Made by a program: the position numbers and the translations under genes. The notes beneath the pieces were generated by a model, which searched no databases, was not told the origin of the DNA, and was given only the letters and a program-made list of their open reading frames with translations. A stretch of DNA of 60,887 nucleotides, filler included, from Coriobacteriales bacterium (lineage in GTDB: Bacteria > Actinomycetota > Coriobacteriia > Coriobacteriales > UBA8131): the NCBI GenBank assembly GCA_031263105.1. It is 3 parts of 3 records of this genome, joined end to end, with 100 filler letters (N's around TTAATTAATTAA, not from the genome) between each part and the next. Parts side by side here need not be neighbours in the genome. Positions count along the whole stretch, not along the records: positions 23,552 to 46,646 come from JAISGJ010000032.1; 2 more parts are not named here. The stretch is one strand, 5' to 3'. Below, piece after piece: positions 29,098 through 39,046 of the stretch. The first letter of the stretch is position 1, and each line of letters opens with the position of its first letter.

Positions 29098-31530
29098 ATG
29101 ATCTTGCAGCTCGTGCTCTTCAGTGTCTCTCTCGTCACCTGTTCGGTCAACATCTACTTCATAGCGCTCATCTGGCTTTCGGACAAGCGCACGATGCAGA
29201 TACGCGCGCTCATCGCGATGGGCGTGGCCACCTGCTACTGGACGCTTTTCGACGCAGTGGCGCAGATAGCCCAGAGCTACACCTATGCCTACATGTATAC
29301 GCTGCGCTCGGTCATGCTGGTGGTCGCCCCCGTCTGCTTCCTCTGGTACATGCTGCTGTTCGTCCGTTCGAGTTTCATCCACAACAGGGTGGTCCATGCG
29401 ATCGTCTGGGTGATCCCCTCCTTCGACATAGTGCTGTTGCTCACGAACCCCCTGCACCGCCTCATCTTCTCCCGCGACGGCTTCCCTCTGCCCGAGTACG
29501 GCCCGCTCTTCGTGTTCCACGCGGCGGTCGCCTATCTCACCATCGCCGTCGGGGTCGTCCTGCTCGTCCGCTATATCGTCAAGACGCGGCCGTCCCCGGC
29601 GTTCTCGGTGGCATGGCTCTTCGCCTGCTTCGTGCCGATTCTCGTGAACGTCCTGTTCACGATAGGCGTCATCGACCTCAGCCAGGACATCGCCCCCTTC
29701 GGCTTCGCGTTGATATTCATGCTGTTCGCGCTCTACTCCTATCGCTCGCGCCTGAACAGCCTGCGCACCATGGCCTTGAGCGACGTCTTCGCGTCCTACG
29801 GCGATGCGATCGTGCTCGTCAATGCAGGGGACCGCATCGAAGAGGTCAATGCCACGTTTTGCGAGACCTTTCCCGACTGTCCCGTAGACCCCCAGGTGAC
29901 GACCGTCAAGGAGCTGTTCGCATGCCTTCAGGGGCACGGGGGCGTCGATGCGGCCGCCCTGTTCGACCGTGCGGCCTCCGATACGCTCCCGGAGTCGGGA
30001 GAGGAGCTCTCGATAGGCGTCGCCCCCGCTTCCAGCGGACGCACCGACGTTGCCGCCGGCACCGCATCCGCGCCTGCGTCCCTGCAACGCCGCACCTTCA
30101 AGGTCGTGCGCCGCAACGTCCGCAAGCAGAGCGGGCGTGTGACGGGCTGGCTGCTCATCCTCTCCGATGTCAGCGCCTACTACCAGATGATCAGCGAGAT
30201 CAACCAGCAGAACACCCGCCTTGCCGACCTGCGGCAGAAGGCCGAGGCCGCATCGGAGGCGAAGAGCACCTTCCTTGCCAAGATGAGCCACGAGATGCGC
30301 ACGCCGCTCAATGCCATCATCGGCCTGAGCGAGATAGTCCTGCGTCGCAGCCTCGATGCCGACTCGCACGGCAGCATCGAGAAGGTCTACGAGTCCGGGC
30401 GCAACCTCCTGAGCGTCATAAACGACATCCTCGACATCTCGAAGATCGAGTCGGGGCATTTCGAGCTCGTGCCCCTCGAGTACCGCACGGCCGACATGAT
30501 AAACGACGCGGTGAACATCAACAAGGTGCGCATAGGCAGCAAGCCTATCCAGCTCAAGCTGCAGGTCGACCCCCGGATTCCCGCCACGCTGTACGGCGAC
30601 GAGCTGCGTGTGCGGCAGATATTCAACAATTACCTGAGCAACGCCATCAAGTACACGCATGAGGGCACGGTCACGCTCGCCGTTCGGCTCGACGAAGGGG
30701 GAGGGGACCCGTCGTGCGGCGAGGGCGGGAGGGCACAGGGGGAGGAGGCGCGAGGCGACGTTGCGCGGCCATGCGACGGCGGGCATGTGCGCATGCGCAT
30801 CGAGGTGAGCGACACGGGCATAGGCATCAGGCCCGACGAGCTGTCCGAGCTGTACTCGGAGTACCAGCAGGCCGACCTGAAGGCCAACCGCGGCCTTGAG
30901 GGCACCGGCCTCGGCCTGTCCATCTGTCGGCACCTCACCGAGCTGATGGGCGGCACGGTCGAGGTGAGAAGCGAGTTCGGCAAGGGAAGCACCTTCATCT
31001 CGGTGGTCTGCCAGGCCCTCCCGGCAGGGTGGGAAGACGGTGCCGTCGAGACGGTCGGTGCCGGGACGGCCGCTGCGCTCGAGGCGTTCCGCTACACGGT
31101 CGAGCGCTCCTCGGCCAACGATGCCTTCACCTTCGTGCCGGTCCCCGACGCACGCGTGCTGGTGGTCGACGACGTCGAGGTCAACCTCGAGGTCGCGAAG
31201 GGCATGCTGGAGCCCTATCGGCTCACGGTCGACTGCGTCGACAACGGAGCCGAGGCCGTCGAGCTCATCAGGGGAGGGGAGCCCCGGTACGACCTCGTCT
31301 TCATGGACCAGATGATGCCCGAAATGGACGGCTTCGAGACCGTGCGGGCCATCCGCGAGATGGTGGCGACCGACTACGCGCGCTCCCTGCCCATCATCGC
31401 CCTGACCGCCAACGCGATGGTCGGCAGCGAGGAGCGCTTCCTGCAGGCGGACTTCCAGGGCTACCTCGCCAAGCCGATAGACCCTGCTGCCTTGAACGGC
31501 ATCGTGACCCGCTGGCTCGCCGACCGCTGA
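29098..31530 (+). CDS. Hybrid histidine kinase with N-terminal 7TM, PAS-like, HisKA, HATPase and REC domains
   Basis: MSHEMRTPLN, NYLSNAIKYT, DTGIGI, GTGLGL, FMDQMMP. Confidence 0.93.
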   Translation: MILQLVLFSVSLVTCSVNIYFIALIWLSDKRTMQIRALIAMGVATCYWTLFDAVAQIAQSYTYAYMYTLRSVMLVVAPVCFLWYMLLFVRSSFIHNRVVHAIVWVIPSFDIVLLLTNPLHRLIFSRDGFPLPEYGPLFVFHAAVAYLTIAVGVVLLVRYIVKTRPSPAFSVAWLFACFVPILVNVLFTIGVIDLSQDIAPFGFALIFMLFALYSYRSRLNSLRTMALSDVFASYGDAIVLVNAGDRIEEVNATFCETFPDCPVDPQVTTVKELFACLQGHGGVDAAALFDRAASDTLPESGEELSIGVAPASSGRTDVAAGTASAPASLQRRTFKVVRRNVRKQSGRVTGWLLILSDVSAYYQMISEINQQNTRLADLRQKAEAASEAKSTFLAKMSHEMRTPLNAIIGLSEIVLRRSLDADSHGSIEKVYESGRNLLSVINDILDISKIESGHFELVPLEYRTADMINDAVNINKVRIGSKPIQLKLQVDPRIPATLYGDELRVRQIFNNYLSNAIKYTHEGTVTLAVRLDEGGGDPSCGEGGRAQGEEARGDVARPCDGGHVRMRIEVSDTGIGIRPDELSELYSEYQQADLKANRGLEGTGLGLSICRHLTELMGGTVEVRSEFGKGSTFISVVCQALPAGWEDGAVETVGAGTAAALEAFRYTVERSSANDAFTFVPVPDARVLVVDDVEVNLEVAKGMLEPYRLTVDCVDNGAEAVELIRGGEPRYDLVFMDQMMPEMDGFETVRAIREMVATDYARSLPIIALTANAMVGSEERFLQADFQGYLAKPIDPAALNGIVTRWLADR

Positions 31531-31637
31531 CCCCGTTGCCCCTATGCAACGATTTGGCAAATAGTCGTACAGGCGCATCCGCTTTCTCCCCTCTCACGGT
31601 ATGATGGGAAGAGCATGTGCCCTTGAGAGGATGAAGT

Positions 31638-33185
31638 ATGAGCCAGGAGCGAGAGCCTCATAACGGTTTCGAGAAAAGCGCGACCCTCTACCTTGAGGCT
31701 GCCCAGGCCGCGCTGCTGAACAGGCAGCCGCGTCTGGCCGTCCACCTGTTCCGCGCGGCCTTCGAGGTCGAGTCCTCCTTCGGTCGCCTGGTCTCCGCCC
31801 AGGTCCTCGACGGGATGAGGAAGGCATGGGACCTTGCTTTCGAGATGGGCGACCGTTCGGTCGCCGAGTCCCTTTTCACCGACCTTGTGCCCTATAACAG
31901 CCCCGAACAGAACGAGCAGGCCACGATGCGCCTGCAGGCGCTTGCCCTCGGCCAGCTCGAGAGCATGGGCGTCACGGAGGACGACCTCGAGAGCATCGCG
32001 GACACCTTGTCCCACGAGATGTCCGGCGCGGACGACGGGAGGCTCCTCGACTCGCTCAAGTCGGTACTGGAGCAGATCGGCATGTCCCTCGAGGCGGACG
32101 GGCCCTCCCAGGCGATCCAGAAGCTCCCCTCGATCGAGGCCATCATACCGGCAGCGTCCGCAGCGTCTGCGCAGGAGGCCCCCGCAAAGGCCGGGCTCGC
32201 CCGCCTGGGCGGGAAGCTGCGGGAGAGGGACGGCCGCCCCAAGGATGGGGAGCGTCCCGGGCGCCTCGACTACCAGGTGCTCACGGGCTATGACCGGGCG
32301 CTCGCGCACATGAGCGGCTTCGGCTTCCTCTCGTCGGACGACAGCGGCCATCACCGCTTCATCGAGCGCAGCGCGGCCATGCACGGGCTCCCCAGGCTCT
32401 CGCTGGACGGCGCCTTCCTTTTCTTCGGCCCTTCCCGGGAGGACGTCTCGTTGTTCGCCCACGCGACGGCCGGCGAGATAGGCTTTCCCATGCTCCACGT
32501 GTCCGTCGACCTCGACCGGCAGGGCAACGGGACCATCAAGCTCGTCGGCCCCTTCAAGCGGGGCTTCTTCGGCAGCCCGCCCGACTTCATGGACATGGTG
32601 CTGCCCTGCACGGTGCTCATAGAGAACATCGACCATCTTCAGGAGATGTTCGACAACGAGCAGCAGGCCATCAGGCGCAACGGGGGAAGGGGCAGGGCCA
32701 TGATGGGAGGCCCCGGCCGCTCCATGCAGGCCGAGGTGACCGGCTACCTCCGCGCCCTGAGCAACAAGCCCGGCATCGTCCTCATGGCGACCGCCCAGCA
32801 CACCGCCGTCCTCCGCGAGCCCCTGCGGGGCCTGTTGGGGCCGACGCACGACATAGAGGTCGGTGCCCCTGTGGCGGCCGAGAGGCGCGACGTGCTCGTC
32901 AGCTTTGCGGGCGAGCATCCCTCCTTCGCGGAGCTCGACGTCGACCGCATAGCCCGTCTCTCCGAGGGCCTCTCGCGCAACGACCTGGTCTTTGCCGCCC
33001 ATTCGGCCGTGGAGTCCGCCTATCGCGACTCCCTTCGGACAGGCCGCTATACCAAGGTGACCATCGGGGACGTGATGGTGCAGCTCTCCCCGTACCTCGA
33101 CCACGACTCGCCGTTGTATCAACAGGTCGAGGACGAGGCCGTTGCGCAATTCGTCTGCGATCTCCGTCTTGACGACGATATGTGA
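31638..33185 (+). CDS. AAA+-like protein with degenerate Walker motifs
   Basis: FFGPSREDVSLFAHATAGE at the Walker A position; VLIENID; IARLSEGLSRNDL lid. Confidence 0.75.
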   Translation: MSQEREPHNGFEKSATLYLEAAQAALLNRQPRLAVHLFRAAFEVESSFGRLVSAQVLDGMRKAWDLAFEMGDRSVAESLFTDLVPYNSPEQNEQATMRLQALALGQLESMGVTEDDLESIADTLSHEMSGADDGRLLDSLKSVLEQIGMSLEADGPSQAIQKLPSIEAIIPAASAASAQEAPAKAGLARLGGKLRERDGRPKDGERPGRLDYQVLTGYDRALAHMSGFGFLSSDDSGHHRFIERSAAMHGLPRLSLDGAFLFFGPSREDVSLFAHATAGEIGFPMLHVSVDLDRQGNGTIKLVGPFKRGFFGSPPDFMDMVLPCTVLIENIDHLQEMFDNEQQAIRRNGGRGRAMMGGPGRSMQAEVTGYLRALSNKPGIVLMATAQHTAVLREPLRGLLGPTHDIEVGAPVAAERRDVLVSFAGEHPSFAELDVDRIARLSEGLSRNDLVFAAHSAVESAYRDSLRTGRYTKVTIGDVMVQLSPYLDHDSPLYQQVEDEAVAQFVCDLRLDDDM

Positions 33186-33280
33186 TTTCTCTGACAACAT
33201 TTGTGATAAACTGAACAAGTGGGGAAGGGGCGCTCTGACAGGGGGCCGTGTCGGATGGATTGAAAGACGGAAGACGGACT

Positions 33281-33724
33281 ATGGAGATATCAAGAAGAAC
33301 CGATTACGCTATACGTCTCATCGCCGCCCTGCTGCAAAACGAAGGGATGCCGCTTTCCGTGCGCGAGGCGGCCAGCACGCAGGGCGTGCCCTATGCCTTT
33401 GCGCGGAGCATACAGTACGACCTCATGCGCAGCGGGATCGTCTCGTCGGTCCGTGGTGCCCGTGGCGGGATGCTGCTGGCGGTAGACCCTACCGAGCTCA
33501 CCCTGTACCGCCTCGTCGAGGTCGTCCAAGGCCCGGTGAGCGTGTCGATCTGCGTGAGCGACAAGGAATGGTGCGACCGCCATGAGACCTGTCGCTTCCA
33601 CAAGGTGTGGGAGGGCGCGAACTCGATCCTCAAGGACTACCTCTCGTCAGTGACCATCCAAGAGCTTCTCGAGGGCAAGTCCGCCCACCTCGCAGCCGGG
33701 GTGCCCGGCTGCATGGCGGGGTAG
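33281..33724 (+). CDS. Rrf2 family regulator (three Fe-S Cys)
   Basis: ISRRTDYAIR, SVRGARGG, CVSDKEWCDRHETC. Confidence 0.93.
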   Translation: MEISRRTDYAIRLIAALLQNEGMPLSVREAASTQGVPYAFARSIQYDLMRSGIVSSVRGARGGMLLAVDPTELTLYRLVEVVQGPVSVSICVSDKEWCDRHETCRFHKVWEGANSILKDYLSSVTIQELLEGKSAHLAAGVPGCMAG

Positions 33725-33751
33725 GCGCCCACGTACACGGAATTCGTCGAT

Positions 33752-34594
33752 CTGGTACGCCGGGAGGGCAGGCGCCTGTACCGTGACCTGCCGTGGCGCA
33801 GGACGCGCGATGCCTACCTCGTCCTCGTGAGCGAGGTCATGCTCCAACAGACCCAGGTCGTCCGCGTGCGCGCCTATTGGGAGCGCTGGACAACGGCCTT
33901 TCCCACGGTGGACGCGCTCGCTGCGGCCTCGACGACCGATGTGCTCGAGCTGTGGCAGGGCCTCGGCTACCACCGCCGTGCGCTCGCCCTCAAGCAGACG
34001 GCGGCGACCTGTGCGGACCGCTACGGCGGCCAGGTGCCCCGTTGCTACACGGATCTGCTCGGGCTGCCGGGCATCGGGCCCGCCACGGCGGCCGGCGTGT
34101 GCGTCTTCGCCTACGGGCAGCCGCAGGTCTATCTGGAGACGAACGTGCGGACGGTGCTCCTCCACCATTTCTTCGAAGGACGCGACCGCGTCCCGGACCG
34201 CGAGCTCGTCCCGCTTGTCGAGGCGACCTGCGATGCCGCCGACCCCCGTGGCTGGTACTACGCCCTGCTCGACTACGGCAGCCACCTGAAGGGCATCCTC
34301 CCCAACCCCTCGCGGCGCTCGCGCCACCATGTGCGCCAATCGAATTTCGAAGGCTCCGTGCGCCAGAAGCGCGCCGAGCTGCTCCGCCTCGTGCTTGCCT
34401 GCCCCGGCAGGGGGACGGACGGCATCGCCGCATCCCTCAACGACCTCGAGCGCACGGCAGGGCGCCCCGCCACAGGTATCGACGAGGTGGCCTCCCTTCT
34501 CAAGGCCCTTGCCCGCGAAGGCTTCCTTGCACGCACGCCCCCCTGCGACGCCCCCCCTGCCGAGGCCGAAGCCACCTGGCACTTAGCCGACTGA
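33752..34594 (+). CDS. mutY: A/G-specific adenine glycosylase, short form lacking the Fe-S motif (start uncertain)
   Basis: RDLPWRR, VSEVMLQQTQV, WQGLGY, LPGIGPATA, ETNVR; homology starts upstream of the first ATG/GTG. Confidence 0.85.
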   Translation: MVRREGRRLYRDLPWRRTRDAYLVLVSEVMLQQTQVVRVRAYWERWTTAFPTVDALAAASTTDVLELWQGLGYHRRALALKQTAATCADRYGGQVPRCYTDLLGLPGIGPATAAGVCVFAYGQPQVYLETNVRTVLLHHFFEGRDRVPDRELVPLVEATCDAADPRGWYYALLDYGSHLKGILPNPSRRSRHHVRQSNFEGSVRQKRAELLRLVLACPGRGTDGIAASLNDLERTAGRPATGIDEVASLLKALAREGFLARTPPCDAPPAEAEATWHLAD

Positions 34595-34704
34595 CCCCCC
34601 CCCCCCCCGCCCCCCGCAACCCCGCCCCCCATCTGCCGTCCCAAGCAAGACGGCGAGGCTGAATACCCCACCCCCCTTTGCCCGGCGGAGCCCACCGAGC
34701 AGAC

Positions 34705-34758
34705 TTTACCTCGATCTGACAAAGGCCAGACAAGGACTTGACATAACGGGCATAGGAT
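34705..34758 (+). promoter_or_regulatory. Pho box array plus -10 element
   Basis: TTTACC/CTGACA/CAGACA/TTGACA at 34705, 34716, 34727 and 34738 (exact 11-bp period); TAGGAT at 34753. Confidence 0.7.
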
Positions 34759-34828
34759 GGAACGCGAATGCGACGAGACATTGCATGCGTCGCACCCATC
34801 ATGTGGATCTGAAAGGATAGGAGATACC

Positions 34829-35836
34829 ATGCTTAAGAGGACGCTCGTCATCCTGGCATCCGTAGGGGCGCTCCTGGCCCTTGCGGCGCTGCTCGTCGCC
34901 TGTTCCGGCGCTCCGGCCGCCTCCGGGGAGGCGGACACGCCGGACACGCCGGCGACCGCAGGCCCCACCGGCGCGGCGGTGGGGCCTGCGGAGACGGCGG
35001 ACGGGGCTGACGAGGATGCCTCCTCGGGGCCGTCGGCGGTCACGGGGGCCATCTCGGTCATCGCGCGGGAGGACGGCAGCGGCACGCGCTCGGCCTTCGT
35101 CGAGCTCTTCGGTGTGGAGGAGGAGCTGAACGGCGAGAAGGCCGACGGCACCACGCTGGACGCGGCCATCACCAACTCGACCGCGGTCATGCTCACGGCG
35201 GTGGCCGACGACCCGCGCGCGATAGGCTACATCTCGCTCGGCTCCCTTGACGACTCGGTCAAGGCGCTTGCCATCGACGGCGTGGCGGCGACGACGGACA
35301 ACGTCAAGGACGGCAGCTACGGCATCCAGCGCCCCTTCAACCTGGTGACCAACGGCGAGCTTGCGCCTGTCGCACAGGACTTCCTCGACTTCATGCTGAG
35401 CAGCGCGGGGCAGAGGGTCGTCGAGGAGAACCACTACGTGGCGGTCATCGATCCTGCACTCTCCTCCTCGGCCTATGTGCCCGCACCCGGCACGGCGGGC
35501 AAGGTCGTCGTCTCCGGCTCCTCCTCGGTCACGCCCGTCATGGAGAAGCTCAAGGAGGCCTACCTGGCGCTCAACCCGGACGTCAGCATCGAGATCCAGC
35601 AGAGCGACTCGTCGACGGGCATCCAGGCGGCGGTGGACGGCATATGCGACATCGGCATGGCGTCTCGCGAGCTGAAGGACACGGAGTCCGCAGCGGGGCT
35701 TTCCGCAACGGTCATCGCGCTGGACGGCATCGCCGCCATCGTGAACACGGAAAATCCGCTCGACGGCCTGGAAGGCACGCAGGTGAAGGACATCTACCTC
35801 GGCGCCATCGCCCGTTGGGAGGAGCTGGAGGGGTGA
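34829..35836 (+). CDS. pstS: Phosphate ABC transporter substrate-binding lipoprotein
   Basis: LVAC lipobox, REDGSGTR, GSSSVTP, DIGMASR; operon context. Confidence 0.92.
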   Translation: MLKRTLVILASVGALLALAALLVACSGAPAASGEADTPDTPATAGPTGAAVGPAETADGADEDASSGPSAVTGAISVIAREDGSGTRSAFVELFGVEEELNGEKADGTTLDAAITNSTAVMLTAVADDPRAIGYISLGSLDDSVKALAIDGVAATTDNVKDGSYGIQRPFNLVTNGELAPVAQDFLDFMLSSAGQRVVEENHYVAVIDPALSSSAYVPAPGTAGKVVVSGSSSVTPVMEKLKEAYLALNPDVSIEIQQSDSSTGIQAAVDGICDIGMASRELKDTESAAGLSATVIALDGIAAIVNTENPLDGLEGTQVKDIYLGAIARWEELEG

Positions 35837-35926
35837 GCGCGGCAACGGCTGCGCCGCCCCTGGGCCGTGTCCCCGAGGGGGGCTGCGGCGACGGCAGGCG
35901 GGCAGGACGGACAGAGGGGCGCGGAC

Positions 35927-36790
35927 ATGGGCGCAGGTAGGCTCAAAGAGACGGTGGCGCAGGCGGTCTTTGCCGGCGCCGCCTGCGTCTGCATACTGGC
36001 GGTCGTCCTCATCTGCCTCTTCCTCCTCGTCAACGGCATTCCCGCCATCGCAGAGATCGGCCCCCTCGAGTTCCTGAGCGGGACGTCCTGGCGTCCCGCC
36101 AACGGGCTTTACGGCATCGCGCCGATGATCATAGGCTCGCTGTACGTGACGGCGGGGGCGCTCGTCTTAGGGGTGCCCCTCGGCCTTACGACCGCCCTCT
36201 ACCTGGCGCGCTTCGCCTCGGCGCGCGTGCTGCGCCTCCTGCGCCCCGCCATGGAGCTGCTCGCGGGCATCCCGTCGGTCGTCTTCGGCTTCTTCGGGCT
36301 CATGCTCATCATCCCTGCCATACGCGGGGCCTTTCCCGACGTGCAGGGCATGAGCGTGCTTGCCGCGTCCCTCCTGCTCGGCATCATGATCCTTCCCACC
36401 ATCATCACGGTGGCCCTGGCGTCGCTCGAGGCGGTCCCGGAGAGCTACTACGAGGGCGGGCTCGCCCTCGGCGCGAGCCATGAGCGCTGCGTCTTCAGGC
36501 TCCTCGTCCCTGCGGCCGCGTCCGGCATCATGGCCGGCATCATCCTCGGCGTGGGGCGCGCCGTCGGCGAGACCATGGCGGTCATCATGGTCATCGGCAA
36601 CCAGCCGCGCATACCCTCCGGCATCCTCGAGGGCGCCCGGACCCTCACGGGCAACATCGTGCTCGAGATGGGCTACGCCGCAGACCTGCACCGTGGCGCG
36701 CTCATAGGCACCGCCGTCGTGCTCTTCGTCTTCATCCTCCTCATCAACTTCCTCTTCTCGCTCCTCACCAGGAAGAAGGTGCATGCATGA
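35927..36790 (+). CDS. pstC: Phosphate ABC permease
   Basis: ELLAGIPSVVFG, GRAVGETMAV. Confidence 0.94.
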   Translation: MGAGRLKETVAQAVFAGAACVCILAVVLICLFLLVNGIPAIAEIGPLEFLSGTSWRPANGLYGIAPMIIGSLYVTAGALVLGVPLGLTTALYLARFASARVLRLLRPAMELLAGIPSVVFGFFGLMLIIPAIRGAFPDVQGMSVLAASLLLGIMILPTIITVALASLEAVPESYYEGGLALGASHERCVFRLLVPAAASGIMAGIILGVGRAVGETMAVIMVIGNQPRIPSGILEGARTLTGNIVLEMGYAADLHRGALIGTAVVLFVFILLINFLFSLLTRKKVHA

Positions 36791-37608
36791 GCGCCCGCCT
36801 CGCACGCTGGGCGGTCTTTGCCGGTGCCGCCGTCAGCGTCTCCTTCCTCCTGTTCATCATCGCCTACATCATGGTGATGGGCATACCCCACATCCGGCCC
36901 GAGCTGTTCTCCTGGACCTACGACTCCACGAACGTCTCGCTCATGCCCTCCCTCATAAACACGGTGCTCATGGTGCTCATAGCCCTGGCGATAGCGACCC
37001 CCTTGGGGCTTTTCTCCGCAATCTACCTCGTGGAGTACACCAAACGGGGCAACCGCCTCGTCAAGCTCGTCCGCCTGATGGCGGAGACGCTTGCGGGCAT
37101 CCCCTCCATCGTCTACGGGCTCTTCGGCATGCTGCTGTTCGTGACGGCCCTCGGCTGGGGACTCTCGCTTCTGGCAGGCGCCTGCACCTTGGCCATCATG
37201 ATCGTGCCGCTCATCATGCGCACCTCGGAGGAGGCCCTGAAGGCGGTGCCCGACTCCTACCGCGAGGGGAGCTTCGGGCTGGGGGCAGGGCGGCTGCGCA
37301 CCGTCTTCAAGGTCGTCGTCCCCTCCGCCGTCCCGGGCATCCTTGCGGGCGTCATCCTGGGGATCGGCCGCGTGGTGGGGGAGACCGCCGCGCTCATGTA
37401 CACGGCCGGCACGGTCGCCGAGGTGCCCCAGGGCGTCTTCGACTCCGCCCGCACGCTCTCGGTGCACATGTACGTCCTTGCAAGCGAGGGGCTCCATCTT
37501 GACGAGGCGTATGCGACCGCCGTGGTGCTCCTGCTGCTCGTCATCCTCATCAACACCGCAAGCGCCCTGCTCGCGCGTCGTATGGCAGGGGAGAGGGGGC
37601 TGAGATGA
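36787..37608 (+). CDS. pstA: Phosphate ABC permease
   Basis: [23 protein letters not shown]. Confidence 0.94.
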   Translation: MSARLARWAVFAGAAVSVSFLLFIIAYIMVMGIPHIRPELFSWTYDSTNVSLMPSLINTVLMVLIALAIATPLGLFSAIYLVEYTKRGNRLVKLVRLMAETLAGIPSIVYGLFGMLLFVTALGWGLSLLAGACTLAIMIVPLIMRTSEEALKAVPDSYREGSFGLGAGRLRTVFKVVVPSAVPGILAGVILGIGRVVGETAALMYTAGTVAEVPQGVFDSARTLSVHMYVLASEGLHLDEAYATAVVLLLLVILINTASALLARRMAGERGLR

Positions 37609-38354
37609 TCAAGCTCTCCGTCGAGTCCCTCGACCTGTACTACGGCGGGCTGCAGGCCCTCAAGGACGTCAGCCTGCGGATACACGAGCGGCGCATCATG
37701 GCGCTCATCGGCCCCTCGGGCTGCGGGAAGTCGACCTTCATCAAGACCCTCAATCGCATGAACGACCTTGTCGAGGGCTGCCGGCACACCGGCCGCGTGC
37801 TCCTGGACGGCAGGGAGGTCTACCGCGAGATCGCCACGAACGAGCTTCGCAAACGTGTGGGCATGGTCTTCCAGAAGCCGAACCCCTTCCCCATGAGCGT
37901 CTACGACAACATCGCCTTCGGGCCGCGCTCGCACGGGGTACGCTCGCGGGCGCGGCTCGACGACATCGTCGAGCGCTCGCTTCGGGACGCGGCCCTGTTC
38001 GAGGAGCTGAAGGATCGTCTCAGGGCAGACGCCCTCGGGCTCTCCGGGGGCCAGCAGCAGCGGCTCTGCATCGCCCGTGCGCTGGCGGTCGAGCCGGAGG
38101 TCCTGCTCATGGACGAGCCGACCAGCGCGCTCGACCCCATCTCCACCGCCCGTATCGAGGACTTGGCCGTCCAGCTCAAGGAGCGCTACACCATCGTGAT
38201 CGTCACGCACAACATGCAGCAGGCGGCCCGCATATCCGACGATACGGCGTTCTTTCTCCTCGGCGAGATAGTAGAATGTTCTGATACGGCCACGCTCTTC
38301 TCCCTACCGGCCGACCGACGTACCGAGGACTACATCACAGGGAGGTTCGGATAG
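37605..38354 (+). CDS. pstB: Phosphate ABC ATPase
   Basis: [27 protein letters not shown]. Confidence 0.97.
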   Translation: MIKLSVESLDLYYGGLQALKDVSLRIHERRIMALIGPSGCGKSTFIKTLNRMNDLVEGCRHTGRVLLDGREVYREIATNELRKRVGMVFQKPNPFPMSVYDNIAFGPRSHGVRSRARLDDIVERSLRDAALFEELKDRLRADALGLSGGQQQRLCIARALAVEPEVLLMDEPTSALDPISTARIEDLAVQLKERYTIVIVTHNMQQAARISDDTAFFLLGEIVECSDTATLFSLPADRRTEDYITGRFG

Positions 38355-38356
38355 CC

Positions 38357-39046
38357 ATGGCACGAGAGTTCTTCGACGAGCAGCTGGAGCGGCTCGACAC
38401 CGAGCTTCTGAGGATGGGCGCCCTGGTGGAGCGCGCCTTGGACGGTGCGCTCCATGTGCTCGAGGACGGCGACGGCGCACTGGCGGCCCGCCTCGTCGAA
38501 GCCGATGACGCCATCGACCAGAAGGAGCGCGAGATCGAGTCCCTCTGCCTCGACCTCCTGCTCAGGCAGCAGCCTGTCGCGCGCGACCTGCGCCGGATAA
38601 GCGCCGTGCTCAAGATGGTCACCGACATCGAGCGCATAGGCGACCAGGCGGCCGACATCGGCGGCATCGTCTTGGACATGGGCAGGGACAGGGCAGGGGG
38701 GCAGGCCTGGATCAGCGCGCCTTCCCTCCAGCAGGCGCGCCATCTCGTCGCCCTCGGCTCGGCGGCCCGTTCCCAGGTGAGCGCCGCGATAGACGCCTTC
38801 GTCTCCGGCGACCTTGGCCAGGCGCGGCAGGTGATCGCCGACGACGCCACCGTCAACGGCCTCTTCGCGGCGGCGAGGTCCGAGCTGTTCGATTGGATGC
38901 GTCGCTCGGACGAGGAGCAGCACGACGCCATCGACCTCCTGCTCGTCGCCAAGTACTTCGAGCGCATAGGGGACCACGCGCAGAACATCGCCGAGTGGGT
39001 GGAGTACTCCGTCACCGGCAGCTACAAGGGGGTGCCCCTCGCGTGA
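38357..39046 (+). CDS. phoU: Phosphate signalling protein
   Basis: QQPVARDLR, DIERIGD, ERIGDHAQNIAEW. Confidence 0.96.
   Translation: MAREFFDEQLERLDTELLRMGALVERALDGALHVLEDGDGALAARLVEADDAIDQKEREIESLCLDLLLRQQPVARDLRRISAVLKMVTDIERIGDQAADIGGIVLDMGRDRAGGQAWISAPSLQQARHLVALGSAARSQVSAAIDAFVSGDLGQARQVIADDATVNGLFAAARSELFDWMRRSDEEQHDAIDLLLVAKYFERIGDHAQNIAEWVEYSVTGSYKGVPLA

Noticed and set aside
28297..31578. Very long antisense ORFs (1093 aa here; also 3196-5949, 8942-11359, 14822-17071, 53910-56417)
   Set aside because: Shadow ORFs opposite well-supported genes, expected at high GC3
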